Shown here: piece by piece, positions 12,920 through 26,598 of the stretch | Layout: each line of letters begins with the position of its first letter | Numbering within the stretch: the first letter of the stretch is position 1 | Assembly (NCBI GenBank): GCA_964016885.1 | Contig: OZ024743.1 | Coordinates: 218,054,001 to 218,118,000 of the forward strand | Length of the DNA stretch: 64,000 bases | DNA from: Eledone cirrhosa | Taxonomy: Eukaryota | Direction of reading: 5' to 3' | The notes under the pieces: model-generated | Told to the model about the DNA's origin: nothing | What the model saw: the letters and a program-made list of their open reading frames with translations, nothing else | Database searches by the model: none | Program-made: the position numbers and the translations under genes

Positions 12920-13320
12920 GATAGTGAATTGGCAGAGCATCGGACAGCATGCTTCACGTCGTAGTGTTACACCCTTTTACGTTCTGATTTCAAATCACAC
13001 CGAGGTTAGCTTTACCTTTTATTCTTACGCGGTTGATGAAATAAAGTATCAGTAGCGCACAGGCGTCGATTTAATCGATTTTACTCCACCCCAAATGGAT
13101 AGCCTTATACCTAAATCAGAAACCATTATTATTAAGGTGATAGATATATTGGCAGAATCATTAATGTGTCGGACAAAGTGGCATTTCTTTTGATTTGTTT
13201 TTCTATTCTGCGTTCAAACTATAACGAGGTCAAGTTTGCCTTTCATCCTTCTGGAGTCGATAAACTAAATACCAGCAAATACGGAGGTAGATTTAATTGA
13301 CATTGTGTCTAAATTTTAGA
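12920..13320 (+). mobile_element. Two adjacent diverged Meta-domain SINE copies
   Basis: TTGGCAGA heads; TTCAAA..CGAGGT..TTT.CCTTT.AT.CTT..GG.TCGAT cores. Confidence 0.7.
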
Positions 13321-13849
13321 AAATTAAGAGGGCGGATTGGCGGAATCTTTAGAGCAAAGGGTAAATACTTGCCGTATTCGTTCTGTTTGGAGAGCCAAGC
13401 CCAATCCGACAAACATTTACCGCTGAATCGAAGGTCTGATTAAATCAATGAGGAGTGTAACCAGTCTTATTCACAAACGCTGAAAGAAAGCTTTACTTGG
13501 AAGTTTGGAAGTAAAACCACATCGTGCCTTTTCAGGAAATCCAACTGATGCGAACATCATTGATAATGATGCCCAATTTTACGCTGAGACTAACCCAACT
13601 GAGATGACATCTGATCATCTTCTGACGATAACGATGATGCCGACAAACATGCGGACGACTTTCAGATAAATAGATTAGGAGCAATTTTCTAATACTTTTG
13701 ATCTGGGAGTGCTACAGGAAAGTATTGTCTATTCCGAACAAGCTTTATAAACCTGGAAATGCCAACAACCGAACTTGTCTGAGATGCCGGCCTAACGAAG
13801 AATCAGTCACGAACGTACGTTTCACATCATCTAAAACACTGTTATTTTT

Positions 13850-14045
13850 CGCAGGGCTTAGTGGTTAGAGCAATGAGTTTACAATCGTGGGGTTGTGAGT
13901 TCGATTCCCGGACCGATTGACGCGTGTTTCCTTGAACAAGACACTTTATTTAATGTTGTTTCATTTTAATCAGCCGTAGAAATGAGTTGCAACGTCACTA
14001 GTGCCAAACTGTATCGGACAATGCCTTTCCCTTGGGTAACATCAT
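13850..14045 (+). mobile_element. tRNA-derived SINE, second family
   Basis: A-box GGCTTAGTGG, B-box GAGTTCGATTCCC, then CCTTGAACAAGACACTTTA; the body matches the reverse complement of 38880-39110. Confidence 0.75.
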
Positions 14046-14137
14046 ATATAGTGTATGTTATGACGTCATATATGGTAGTTATGGGGTGGTGGGGTAATAG
14101 TTGTGGTGGTGGCAGCAGGCAGCATAGCAGCAGCAGC

Positions 14138-14174
<37 letters not shown>

Positions 14175-16767
14175 CAACAAAATCGTAAATGCATTTTTTA
14201 TAAAATTGTTGATGGGATGTAAAGATTGAGATTGAGAATCACACCCATATCATTTGATGTCAGAAATTCGAATCTGAAAAACAAAAACAAAATCAAAATG
14301 AATGCGTGCTTTCTTGGGAACGTATTTTCTCGTTGTTATGCATGACAGAAGAAAAACGGTATTTGCCTTTAATTAATCTGTTTGTGCTTTTTCGAGCTTA
14401 ACCGAAGTGTCAGAGGCTAAATTCGTTGGCTTCATGTCAATTCTGTAGTGTTAAGTTAGCTATAGCTCAGCTTGTTCCTATTTATTCCTTATTATTGATC
14501 GCTAATCAGCAAAAGCTATAAAGAAACAAGGTACATATTTCCATTAGTTCTAGCTCAACATTATAAGCCAATGGTTTAACATAAAATTCTTTCTTCTGTT
14601 ACGTTACAAATTCTTACACTTATTGTTTTGCTTTTCTTTTATTTTTCCTATACTTTTTGTATTCTTAGCTCTTCGTTGATCAATGACTTTACTTTCAATG
14701 GCTTTTATATGACAAAATGAACAATTAATCACCTCATTTTCAATATGACCTTTAAACTTAGCTGATTCCTACCTTCTTTCAATTCTTCTGCTTCTTAGTT
14801 TCTCTTTTCGTCTATTTTAATTTCTATTCTGTAATTATGTCTATCACTCATCGCATTTTCTTTCAATCTAAACACATGCAAAATGTATTGAATATTTTGT
14901 ATCGTCGACATATCCTGAAATACATGAAAATACAACTCGTTATCTTAATATTAAACTAAGACTATGTCCTTTTGTTTTGATGCATGGACATACATTTTTA
15001 TAGTATATCTACCAGTTATAGTAGCAAAGCCTTTTCAAAATCCCTCTTCTCAGCATATGAAGCTATTCCATTTCCATGGAGAAGCAGAGGTTTTTCATTG
15101 CTAAATTTTGTTTCCTCTTTAATGAAATCATTGAGCGGAATGCAAGTCTTTTGTTTTTTCTCTGACATTTCTGTTAGGTCAACGACAGAGCACATCTACC
15201 AGCAATGCTTGAAATGTTGTTGTCATTGTTGTTCTGTAGGTTGTTATTCATGCTCATTCCACTGTCAATATTGTTAATATAATGTTATATATTTTGTAAT
15301 TGTTATTGTTGTGTATGTTGGCAAAGAATGTTCTAATGTAAACACTTGACGTAGTTGAAATACTGTTTTTATTGTTTTACTTTTAATCTTCAAACTCATT
15401 TTTTTTTTAGTGGAGTGGTATGGTATATGTCGCGTTTATCATAGGGGGTGGAGTGCTGCCGAAACGATTATCTGAGTCTCTTACCATTACAATTATTATA
15501 AATGCATCCATGTTTGCAAAGAAAACAATCTGTAAATATTTACGGAACAAAAATGTTGAGATAAAGAACATTTTACACCCTAAAATTAGAAGTAAACTAA
15601 ATTCTCTCATTCTTCGTCAATCTGCAGAAAATCGAATTACAAACCTCCTCCTCTTCCTCAGTAAATTGTTGGTATAGCTTTAACTAATTACCTTTCCCTT
15701 ATAGATTTTGGAGTAGGCTTTCTATCCGTCAAGTTTTAGATTCGTCATAAGTACAAACACTCACACGTTATACTTTAGAAGAACTGAGAGGTTCGGGCAC
15801 TTTGAGTAATGATGCATTCTTGCGTGGGGATCTTTCAGACAGAGTTCTTTTTTTTTGCCGTCCCCACTTTCTCTTTCTATCCTTTGTAGTGATTTTCTAT
15901 TTTTCTTCCAAGTCAGTTTATTTCTCATCACCGCAAAACGATTGGTTGAAACTACAGCTCACAGGCTCAGGCTGGCTCTCTACTGAATAGAAAAGAGATT
16001 CTTTGATATCTCGATGTCGTATCTTGCGGATAATGCTGATGGTGGTTTCCAGGAAGAATCTACTTTGTAAGTTTCTGTTTTTGCTTCAATCATCCCCAGA
16101 GTGATGGAGATAGCTTCATTTACCGTTGGTAAGTTCCAAGTTCGATATATTCGTTCCCAACCAGAATAGTGTTTCTTGAGTCCTTTTTTTGCTTATTCAG
16201 AAATTTCATAAGGTTCTCGTTTTTGTTATGGGAGCTGTATATTTGATGTACTTCCGTGGGGAAAACCAGCTTTCACTAGGATTTATATTATCATGTCATT
16301 AGTCTTGTTCCAGTGTCAAATGCTTCTTTAGTTCCTTCTTTTGTTTTCTATTATCTGTGATATTTTAGTATTAGCTTCGGAGATCATACGCTCCTCAGTG
16401 CTGCAAGTTGGTTTGGAACTGCTGCTCGGAGTCTAGAGCATATCCTGTGCTCTGCGAAGGTCTTTCGATTTCTTATTTTTTATATAATTACCATCATTTG
16501 TACGAATGCATCTTGATCTGTAAACGTGAATGTATGCATATATACCATGTTGCCGAGTATAGTGTCTCGTCTGGGTAGTTGAGATGTTGCATAAGAACAT
16601 AGGATATGAGAATTTTGGTGTTATTTTTAAAAACATGAAAACGGAATTGCTTGCATGTAAAGTTATGCTTGAAAAGCCATTCCTGGATCAACTGAAAAAT
16701 AAGAATATTTTTTAAAGCAATTTATTCTAAATACGGTGAATTCCGTGATTGTATATATTTCAAGTAA

Positions 16768-16870
16768 TAATTGTTTCTACTTTTGGCACAAGGCCAGCAA
16801 TTACCCAGTGCATTACTGGTACTTTATTTTATCGACCCCGTAAGGATGAAAGGCAAAGTTAACCTAGGTG
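16768..16870 (-). mobile_element. Meta-domain SINE fragment
   Basis: Reverse complement of the 10006 unit core. Confidence 0.8.
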
Positions 16871-17839
16871 GACCAGGTTCAGTTGCTTGTTTACTATATA
16901 ATTTAGTTGACTATTTGCTTTCGAATCGTCTCATATAGTTTGAAAGTATCGTATACAATTCTTCAGAAATGCACATCTAATACAATCACATACATTATAC
17001 AAATGCTAGGTTACACAATTCCTACTGACCTCCCATAGCGATCTCACATATGGCATATAATTTAAACTGCATTGTGATAGTTGCCTTTCATTTCCAGAAA
17101 CAGGAAATATTTCCTGTTATAGCATTTGCTGAAGGTTTATAAATTGCAAATATTCCAACATTGCCAAGCACACATACATACTAAGAATTTCTAAATGTCA
17201 TCGAAGAATATGCACGCAGCTGATGTCTAAGTCTTCACTCACACAATTCAAGTATATGATCAGCGTCACTTTTCTAACTCAACAACAGCAGCATCTCTTT
17301 CTCTTAATTTCCTACACCTGTGCAACTCTCATCTATACTCACTTAATGTGCTGTTTAGTTAATACAATGAAAAGTCGAAATATAATGAAAGCGGGTAAGT
17401 TAGGAGGTCGTGTGAATGTGTGTGAATGTCTGAGATGATATTCTCATTGTAAGCTCTGTATTTCATATTCAATTCTTGGCTATACACACTGCTTATTGAT
17501 TCCTCCATTCCCCTCCAACAAATATCCTTTTGGAAACATTCCAACTACCGAATTGCAATATGATTTTTTTTTGGGGGGGGGTATATCTGGAGGTAGGGGC
17601 AGTGACAATAGCATTCCCAGACCCTGCCAAGACCCTCCAAGATGTTGATGTTCTATTTCAATTATTGACCACTCCTTTGGGAAAAACATGATCAGGATGG
17701 GGATTCTAAATGACTGACGTTCTGAGCAGGAAGGACTGGGAATAGTGTTTAGTGCAGGACTTGGGAGATGGGTCGAAAATTATCTTCACGTAACTTCAAA
17801 GAATAATTTTCACCCTTTCATAAATTCACCCCATTCATT

Positions 17840-18025
17840 GGTGAATTGGCAGTATCGGTAGAGGGTCGGACGCCATGCTTTCTAGCATAGTTACGTCCCT
17901 TTACATTCTGAGTTCAAATCCCGCCGAGGTTAACTTTGCCTTTCATCCTTACGGGGTCGATAAAATAAAGTACCAGTAATGTACTGGGTGATTGCTGGCC
18001 TTGTTCCTAAAGTAGAAACTATTAT
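17840..18025 (+). mobile_element. Meta-domain SINE
   Basis: GGTGAATTGGCAGTATCGGTAGAG...GAGTTCAAATCCCGCCGAGG...GTAGAAAC. Confidence 0.85.
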
Positions 18026-18254
18026 ATATTAACTGTTTCAAGTTTAGGCACAAAATCAAGAATTTGCAAGGAAGGAAGGTTGATTATATTGACCCCAGTA
18101 TTACATTGGCATTATATTCTTTATTGACATCACTACTTCTGAAGGTTGAAAGGTAAAGATGACCATGACAGTATCTGAACTTAAATGTGTCTCATGGTCT
18201 AACTATTCTGCATATTAAATTCACTATATATTAACGGTCTCTAATATTTTGATT

Positions 18255-18530
18255 AAGCGGCGAATTGGCATATTCGTTAGAACGTCGAATAGAATGATTT
18301 GCGGTATTTGTTTCAGCTCTCTGCTGAGTTCAAGTCCCACCGAGGTAAACTTTGCCTTTCATCCTTTCAAGGTCGATAAAAAGTACCAAAGTATAAAAAG
18401 TGGGGTCGATTCTTCCTCTATATCTCTTTCTTACTTTCTATCAATCAATCCTTCTCTGGAGGAAATCAGACATGGAGAGGGGTGGCTGCCGCCAGGCTTA
18501 AAATGACCAAGAAACGCCGTTAACAGGTGT
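18255..18530 (+). mobile_element. SINE variant with a longer 3' part
   Basis: Same head and core; 3' part CGCCAGGCTTAAAATG.CCAAGAAACGCCG is shared with 54975-55295. Confidence 0.75.
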
Positions 18531-18711
18531 TACAGGTATATCACATCACAACACATCTCATCACATATTTCTATTGTGACCAACTCGTCTTTTCGAGAGA
18601 CTCCTGTACTTTTATTCATTTTCCCATTCCAAACTTTTCATAGCTTTCCTGCTATCACCTATTTTCGACTTTCAGTTGTTCCGAACAAACACCGTCAAAT
18701 AGAACTAATTA

Positions 18712-18870
18712 TTAATTGTTTCTACGTTTGGCACAAGGCCAGCAAATACCCAGTACATTACTGGTACTTTATTTTATCGACCCCGTACGGATGAAAGGCA
18801 AAGTTAATCTTGACGGGATTTGAACTCAGACCGTAAAGGAACGTAACTATGCTAGAAAGCATGGCGTCCA
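18712..18870 (-). mobile_element. Meta-domain SINE
   Basis: Reverse complement of 17870-18025. Confidence 0.85.
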
Positions 18871-19544
18871 AAATAGAACTAATTACTAATGCTAGTTGAC
18901 AATCACCATTTCGAACAGCGAATTAAAAATCACGTGATCACAGCAGTTTACGTCATGAAATTAGGTGTTATTATTTTTTGTGTGTGTATGTGAGTGTGTT
19001 TGTATGTGTGTATGTGCATGTTTGCAAGTGCATGTGTGTATGATAAAAAGAGTGTGTGTGAATTTGGCTGTTTGCGCATGTTTGTATTCTTGTGGTTTCC
19101 TGTTTGTATGTTTCGTTATTTTTTTTTAGGGTTTTTTTTTCGCAGTTCTAGAGATTATTATTATTATTGAGAAGAGGTTTATATTATTATTATTTCTTTT
19201 TTTTTTTTTTTTTTGTCTTCCACATATTTGATCGTTTCTTTTTCCTTCCATTTTTCAATTTACCAAAAAACAATTCGTTAATTCCACCAGTATCAGTCAA
19301 CAAAATTGTTTTTGGCATCAACTAGAATCGTTTAAAATTTTCAGGTTGATCAAGAAATAAAGAAAAACTCTGTCCAAAAACATAGTAAGAAAAATGGCAA
19401 AACAAAAGAAACGTGAGAGGAAAAAATAAAACTGATTGAAGGAACAAATATGTAAAAGAAATATAGAATATTTCGTAGGGTTTTGTGCAGAAAAGAAGAA
19501 AGCTTGGTGATGTTGGTGCTTCTCGCGCTTCTGCTATTGTTATT

Positions 19545-20790
19545 GAGTCTAATGATGATGATGATGATGATGATAACGATATAGTTGATATCGATGACGA
19601 CGACGACGGCTGCGGCGGTGGCGCTGGCGGTGGTGGCGGTGATGATGATTGTGATGATGAGGATGATATTGTTGATATCATTGACGACGACGGCTGTGGC
19701 GGTGGCGGCGGTGATGATTGTGATGTTGATGATGATGATGATGATGATGATGATGTTATTGTTGATATCATTGACGACGACGGCTGCGGCGGTGGCGGCG
19801 GTGATGATTGTGATGTTGATGATGATGATGATGATGATGATGATGTTATTGTTGATATCATTGACGACGACGGCTGCGGCGGTGGCGGCGGTGATGATTG
19901 TGATGTTGATGATGATGATGATGATGATGATATTGTTGATATCATTGACGACGACGGCTGCGGCGGCGAAGACAGCACAGGTGGTGGTGGTGGCGATCGT
20001 GATGTTGATGGTGATGATGATGCTGATGATGATGAAGATGTTGATATTAACGGCGTCGACGATGATGGTGGTAATGATAGAGATGATGATGTTGTTGCCG
20101 CTGATGATGATGATGGCGGTGAGGATAATTTTCGTAATGACGATGATGATGATGATGATGATATTAATGTTGATAAAAATGATGATTAGTACCATCATCA
20201 TCATTATCTGCAGCAGCAGTATTGCAACCACCATCATCACCAATAACATCAACATTATTGTCATCATCTTTATTATTATCATCGTTATCATCACCATCAT
20301 CATCATCTCTACCATCTCCACCATCATCATCACCATCACCAACATCATTACCTCCACCATCCCCACCAACATCATCATCATCTTCACCATTCTCATTACC
20401 ATCCTTATTACCTCCACTACCACCATCAGCATCATCATCACCGTCATCATCACCTCCACCATTCCCATCACATAATCGTCACCTCCACCATCATCAACAT
20501 CATTATCACCATCATCATCACCACCACCATCCCTATCAACATCACCATCATCTCCACCATCTCCATCAACATCATCAGCAACATCATTACCTCCAGCATC
20601 CCCATCAACATCGTCACCATCACCATCATCAACGCCATCAGACTCACCATCCCCCATCACATAATCATCACCATCCACCATCATCAACACCATTATCACC
20701 ATCATCATCGTCATCATTGTCACCATCGTTATCACCTCCACCATCCCCATCAGCATCATCATCATCATCACCACAATCATCATTATCCTG
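19545..20790. repeat. Compound trinucleotide tract: (GAT/GAC/GGC)n with ~90-bp higher-order units, then (CAT/CAC)n
   Basis: Unit ATTGTTGATATCATTGACGACGACGGCTG recurs at about 19668, 19758, 19848 and 19932; polarity flips near 20190. Confidence 0.9.
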
Positions 20791-21340
20791 ATTAACAAGA
20801 CGACAATGTTGGCGGCATAATAGCGACGGTGGTGATGAGGAGGATATTGGTATTGTTATTGTGACCGGACCATTTAGAAGCGGGTAAATATTAAGACATT
20901 GATTGGGCTTGTCAGACGTCCAGTGGAGATTTCGATTCCAAGTGACAGCAAAATGGAGCGAGTGTGGAAAGGTTTGAAGAAAATCTACGGTAACACATGA
21001 AGAAATGAGGGAGGTGGCAAGGAAATATGAAAGAAGGGACAAATAGAAAACAGAAAAAAAGCGATGCATAAACATTGAAATAATTATAGCAAAATTTTTT
21101 TTACAGTGAATGGTAATTAAAGACACAAAATAAAAAAAACACATTATTTCGAACCGGGAAATGAAATGATGGGGAAAGAGAAAAGTTTTTCTTCTTGTTA
21201 TATAGCCCCAGGTTATCTCCAAACGTGCAGACCTATTATCAAAAGCATTCTAGCAATGATCGTCCTGTATTTTTGTGGATATTCCTTATCTATGAATATA
21301 CAATCCATTGTAATATTTTTCTTTTTAATTCTATGGTGAC

Positions 21341-21433
21341 TACGAGGATCGACTGAAATGTTCATAGGCTGTAATGTTCATAGGCTGACCAACATGCTCT
21401 CATGGAATGACCAAATAGGTTCATTTTTCAACA
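21341..21433 (+). mobile_element. Possible mariner-like terminal fragment
   Basis: TA-CGAGGATCGACTGAAATGTTC resembles mariner TIR starts; no partner TIR or transposase seen. Confidence 0.35.
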
Positions 21434-21589
21434 TGATCGTTGAGAAGAAACAATACATATTTATGCATCTGAGGCGAGCTGAACTCCCCCTGATTTTGTG
21501 AAGAAAAACATCATTCTGGGGGCCGGGGATAGCGGAGGTGTTGACGGCAACCGCTCGGTCAAGTCCAATTAATTGGATTATTTGTGTTC

Positions 21590-21896
21590 ACCCTGGCCTG
21601 AAAAGATCTCCAATAAGGAATTGCCAACAGGAGAATATGTCAGCAATCCTTCTCAGAAGATGGAAGTGGATAAGGCATGTTCTCAGAAGAGCGGAAGATA
21701 GCATACCTAGAATAGCCCTTCACTGGACACCAGAAGGCATGTGAAAACGAGGAGGGCCAAAGAACACCTGGCGCAGAACAGTTGAGGAAGAGATGAGGAT
21801 CTGGCAATAAAGATGGGATACCATCCAGAAGCTGGACCAGGGCAGACAGGACTAGAGGATCTACGTTGCTGCCCTACATGCCATCGAGCATAACAT

Positions 21897-21954
<58 letters not shown>

Positions 21955-22000
21955 CAGCAGTAGTAGTAGTAGTAGCAGCAGCAGTAGTAGTAGTAGTAGT
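21590..22000 (+). mobile_element. RTE-clade LINE 3' fragment with (TAG)n tail
   Basis: RRWKWIRHVLR..DSIPRIALHWTPEG..KRGGPKNTWRRTVEEE then (TAG)n. Confidence 0.8.
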
Positions 22001-22249
22001 CTCAGACAAGAGAGTCCAGCCATGATTACTTGCTATTCGATCTGGATTCTGCTATCGATTTTAATCTACTGGTTGCTATTTCAACAAATTATTACTAGAC
22101 ATCTAACAAGCAAGCCTGTTCTTGATTGCTTGATCTGCTAGAAATAGCAAATGTACCTAAATAGCATTAGTAACACTCGAAGAACCTTGATCTGTTCTAT
22201 CGTAGATGATGTAGTAACAAATAATGGCTTCTGTGGGAGAAGAATGCCG

Positions 22250-22395
22250 ACTCCAGTACGTCACTGGTACTTTATTTTATCTAACCTATAAACATGAAAG
22301 ACAAAGCTAACCTCAGCGGAAGTTGAACTCAGGGTGTAAAAGCCCAGAAGAAATGCTACAAAGTAGTTTGTCCGACGCTTTACCGATTCTGTCAC
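22250..22395 (-). mobile_element. Diverged Meta-domain SINE
   Basis: CTGGTACTTTATTTTATC...TTGAACTCAG...TCCGACGCTTTACCGATTCTG. Confidence 0.7.
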
Positions 22396-22949
22396 TCCAC
22401 CGCCTTTGTAGTAGCACATAATATGAACGTATTGTATGAGAAAATGTCGAAGGTTATAAGTGGTTACTCGACATGCTAGAAATAGCAACCAAACTACTAC
22501 AAATCTCCCATCTTGAGGAAGGAAAGGTCATATTTGATAATATACATGCATAGCCGTAAAATATCGGGAATGCTTTTCAATCATAAGTGTCATCGATCAG
22601 GTCTGACCTGTAGCTAAATAATAGCAGCAACAACAAATATATTCGTTGTTGCTGCTATTATTCAGTAACAACAACAAAGCAATTTATTCTAAAATAAACA
22701 CATCACATATAATTATCCAAAAGCATCAGGTTGCACTTGTCTTCAACTAAAATAATTTCAGAACAATTTTGTGTGTGTGGATATTCAAATTACTGAACAA
22801 TGCCATCATTTTATGTTGAAATGTATCTCCCAACCTATCCTACTGCCATCTTGTTAATGCCACATCAAAACGATTCTCGCTTGTTTTTTGTTAATTTCTT
22901 TGATTTATCTATTGTAGTATTCATCTTTCACTTTCGTTTGTGATTACTG

Positions 22950-22972
22950 TGTGTGTATATATATATATATAG

Positions 22973-23055
<83 letters not shown>

Positions 23056-23146
23056 CTTATATATATATATATGCATATTTATATGTGTGTGTGCGTGTGT
23101 GTATATGCATATATATGTATATATATATGTATATATATATATATAC

Positions 23147-23223
<77 letters not shown>

Positions 23224-23277
23224 CATATATATATATATATACACACACACATTATATATATATATATACACACACAC

Positions 23278-23325
<48 letters not shown>

Positions 23326-23404
23326 AATATATACACGTGGATGTGAGTGTGTCAAATTGTTTTTGTCTCCCTTTCATTCTTCTGATCTGAAACAAAAGCA
23401 ACTT

Positions 23405-23473
<69 letters not shown>

Positions 23474-23537
23474 TTCTCTCTCTTTCTTTCTTTCTTTCTT
23501 TATTTCTTTCCCTCGCTCTATCTATCTATCTATCTAT
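22950..23537. repeat. (TA)n/(TG)n, then (CT)n/(CTTT)n/(TCTA)n
   Basis: Seen directly; the TCTA run abuts the Tx1 copy. Confidence 0.95.
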
Positions 23538-26500
23538 TGGGGGTGGGGTTGTCGTTCTGCTGCAAAAACATATGGGCCTTGCAACACAGATAGTTCACTT
23601 GGACCCAGGGGGTCGACTAGTGGTGCTGGACCTTGGCAGTGGTGAAGGTAGAGCCTTTAGGCTGATAGCCGCATATGCCCCTTTTGGGACAGAGCGGCCC
23701 GACTTTTTCCAGTGTATGGAGTCTTTTCTAGGGACGTCCTGTTCCCTGCTTTTAGTGGGGGATTGGAATGGAATCCTGGATGCACGTTGGGACTATGCAG
23801 GGGCATGTCCCGATAGAGAGGGGTGCAACAGCCTCAAGGGGTTACTCGGCCGATTTGACCTGGCCGATAGATTTCGACTAGATTTTCCGACGGTGCCAAC
23901 CTGGTCTTGGTCAAATCGCAGCGGATCATCTAGATCGTACCTAGATAGATTTTTAGTTAGAAATAAGGACAGGGACTTTTTAAGTTGTCCAGAAATGCTC
24001 ATGGTTGGCTATTCAGACCACAAGTTGGTGACCTGCATGGTCAACCTTGATAGAACGCATAGAACGGTTACTGGAAGCTCAACTTGTCCTTGCCGGCAAG
24101 TAGAGCCTACAGGAATCGGATTAGTACGTTAGTTAAGGAACGGTTGACTGGAGCGATCGTCAACAGCAGGTGGTGGGTATCTCTAAAGAGAGAGATTAGA
24201 GTAGTCTCGATAGAATTTAGTAAGGTTCTAGCTGCGGATAGGAATAGGGAGGAAAGGGAGCTAATAGATAGAGTAGAAGAGGCAATTAGAAGCGGCGACG
24301 TGGCCAGAGTGCTAGCGTCGAGAACGGCTTTGAGCCAGTTTTTCGACGCGAAGCACGAAGGCTGCGTTGTCCGAAGTAAAATACGTGCTCTAGGGAACGA
24401 GGGGACCAAAGCTGTTAGCTGGGCCCGCGTGACAGAGGCCAACAGTGGAACTAAATCCACCATCCGGTCTTTGCGAGACCTGGATGGACGGTCGATTCTT
24501 GAGCCTAAGCAGATGTGTGAGGCCTTTCAAAGGCACTTTCCCCGACTGTTCGGGAGGGGCGGGGAGCCGATTTGGAACGTGGACTTCGGTCCATACCTCG
24601 ACGGCCTGCCGCGCCTCTCGGACAGGGAGGCGAAGTCCTGCGAGGAGCCGATTTCGGCCGCTGAGATAGAGGACGTGCTGAGCCAATGCGGCAAACGCAA
24701 ATCCCCGGGTCTCGATGGTCTTCCTTACGAATTATATCTAGCTATGCCGGACTTGTTCCCCGATCTCCTCGAGGCGGTCTACTGCAACTGGCAACAGAAC
24801 GGGAGAATTCCCTGTACTGTGACCAAGGGCGTAGTCACGCTAGTGAGGAAGGACGAGAACAAGGGGGACGAAATAAGTAACTTCAGGCCCATAACTCTGC
24901 TAAATACAGAGTTACAGATTTTGGCCAAGGTGCTAGCAAAGAGGTTGGCGCTTGTCGTGGGCAACCTGGTGGGAGATGCGCAGACATGCACTATCCCGTC
25001 CAGGTCCATCCATGACAACCTCCACCTCATGCGATACATCATAGAGAGGGTTGGGAACGAACCCGGCTTTGGTGGGGCTCTGATCAACTTGGATCAATCT
25101 AAGGCGTTCGATAGGGTCGACCATGGTTACCTGGATGCGGTGCTAGCGGCGGCAGGCTTCGGACCCGTTTTCAGGGGCTGGATCACTGCTATGCACAGCA
25201 GCCGCATCTGCTCTAGGGTCAAGGTGAACGGCTACCTCTCGGAGCCGTTCAAAATCGCGCGGTCCATCCGACAAGGGTGCCCTCTCTCCTCCCTTCTGTA
25301 TGTGTTGACTCTCGAGCCACTACTGCGGAAGTTGGAGTTGTTGCAGGGCATCCCTTTGGAACCGGGATTGCGGAAAGCGGTGTCGGCCTACGCCGATGAC
25401 GTGACAGTAATGGTGTCGACGGCCTCCGAAATCGAGGCGGTCGGCACCTTACTGGAGGAGTACGAAAAGTTCACAGGGGCTAAGCTGAACCGGGACAAGT
25501 CGATCGGTTTGCAACTCGGCACGTGGAGGGGCAGACCGATGCCCTCCGATGGCGTCGTCGGACGCTGGACGGAGGGCCCGGTGAAGCTGCTCGGGGTCTG
25601 GTTCGGACCGGACCTCCAGGTGGAGAAAAACTGGGCGGAGGTTACGAACAGGGTGTTTGCACTGACCCAGAAGTGGGCCAGTTGCAAACTATCCCTGAAA
25701 GGTCGGGCGGAGGTGGCGAACACTTATATAGCGTCCGTCATCTACTACCGCCTGACCGTAGTGCCCTGCCCAAGGGAAACCCTCACCAAGATGGAGCGCG
25801 CGCTCTTCCAATTCCTTTGGAAGAGGCGGGATCCTATGGTGAGGAGATCCATCTGCTGTCAACACCCTTCGAAAGGAGGGCTGGCACACTGGGTGTGCCC
25901 AGGCGCTCACCGCCCTCTGGCAGGCGGATCCGGTTATCAGTGGAGACTCCACCGCAGCATTCTATAGAGGGCTGGTACGCAGCAGGTGCGACGACGCCCT
26001 CGGAGAAGCCCTAGACATGGAGGAGGACGAACTGGCCAGCCTATTCGGTAGGACATTCAGCTCGGGACCTATGGACAACTTCCAGAACTCCCTGGCCTGG
26101 CAGTGCTACCGAGGTGCTTTACCCGTTCGAGAAAGGCTCTACAGACACGGGCGCCCGGGTAGGGACCCCGCCAAAAAGATCTGTCCCAGATGCGTGTGCG
26201 ACGAGGAAACCGTTGCACACGCATTGGTACACTGCTCGGGCGTAGCCGATCTGTGGGGCTATGTCGAACAACTGCTGTCAAGGGTGGGACCGATCCGGTT
26301 GACCACCGAGTCTATTGTAATGATCAAGTCGCCTCCCCCCTTCAAAGATGAAGCAGAGGCGGTGTTTCTGTGCGTAATAGCCATGGCGAAAGAGGTTGTA
26401 TGGTGGACGCGTCTGAAAGGACTGAGGTCAGGCACCTTTCTCTCTGGCCAACAACTGGTCCGTTTCTTCCGATATCATTTCGGAAGAAGGATCAGGATGG

Positions 26501-26598
26501 AGAGAGAGGTGCTCCACCCCAGTCGTTTTTATGAAAGGTGGATGAAAGTGGCGAGAATGGCCCGTGTGAATGGGCCTTCTCTTTACATAAGCCTGTAG
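23538..26598 (+). pseudogene. ORF2p (APE endonuclease + reverse transcriptase), frameshifted, with internal deletions
   Basis: ORF pieces 23572-24132, 24084-25967 and 26017-26598. Confidence 0.9.

Noticed and set aside
13850-13915. tRNA gene
   Set aside because: A and B boxes are present but the acceptor stem is poor and the sequence continues into a SINE body.
19322-20798. Long Asp-, Met-, Ser- or His-rich ORFs (up to 482 aa) suggesting an acidic matrix protein
   Set aside because: Trinucleotide repeat that is open in several frames on both strands; no signal peptide or exon evidence.
22921-23593. YI/HT/CV-rich ORFs, also near 5429, 6376, 44139, 49475 and 55406
   Set aside because: Translations of dinucleotide microsatellites.
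24084-25967. Intact RT gene, retron or group II intron (627-aa ORF)
   Set aside because: Frameshift-bounded part of a LINE ORF2 with APE upstream; truncated and internally deleted.
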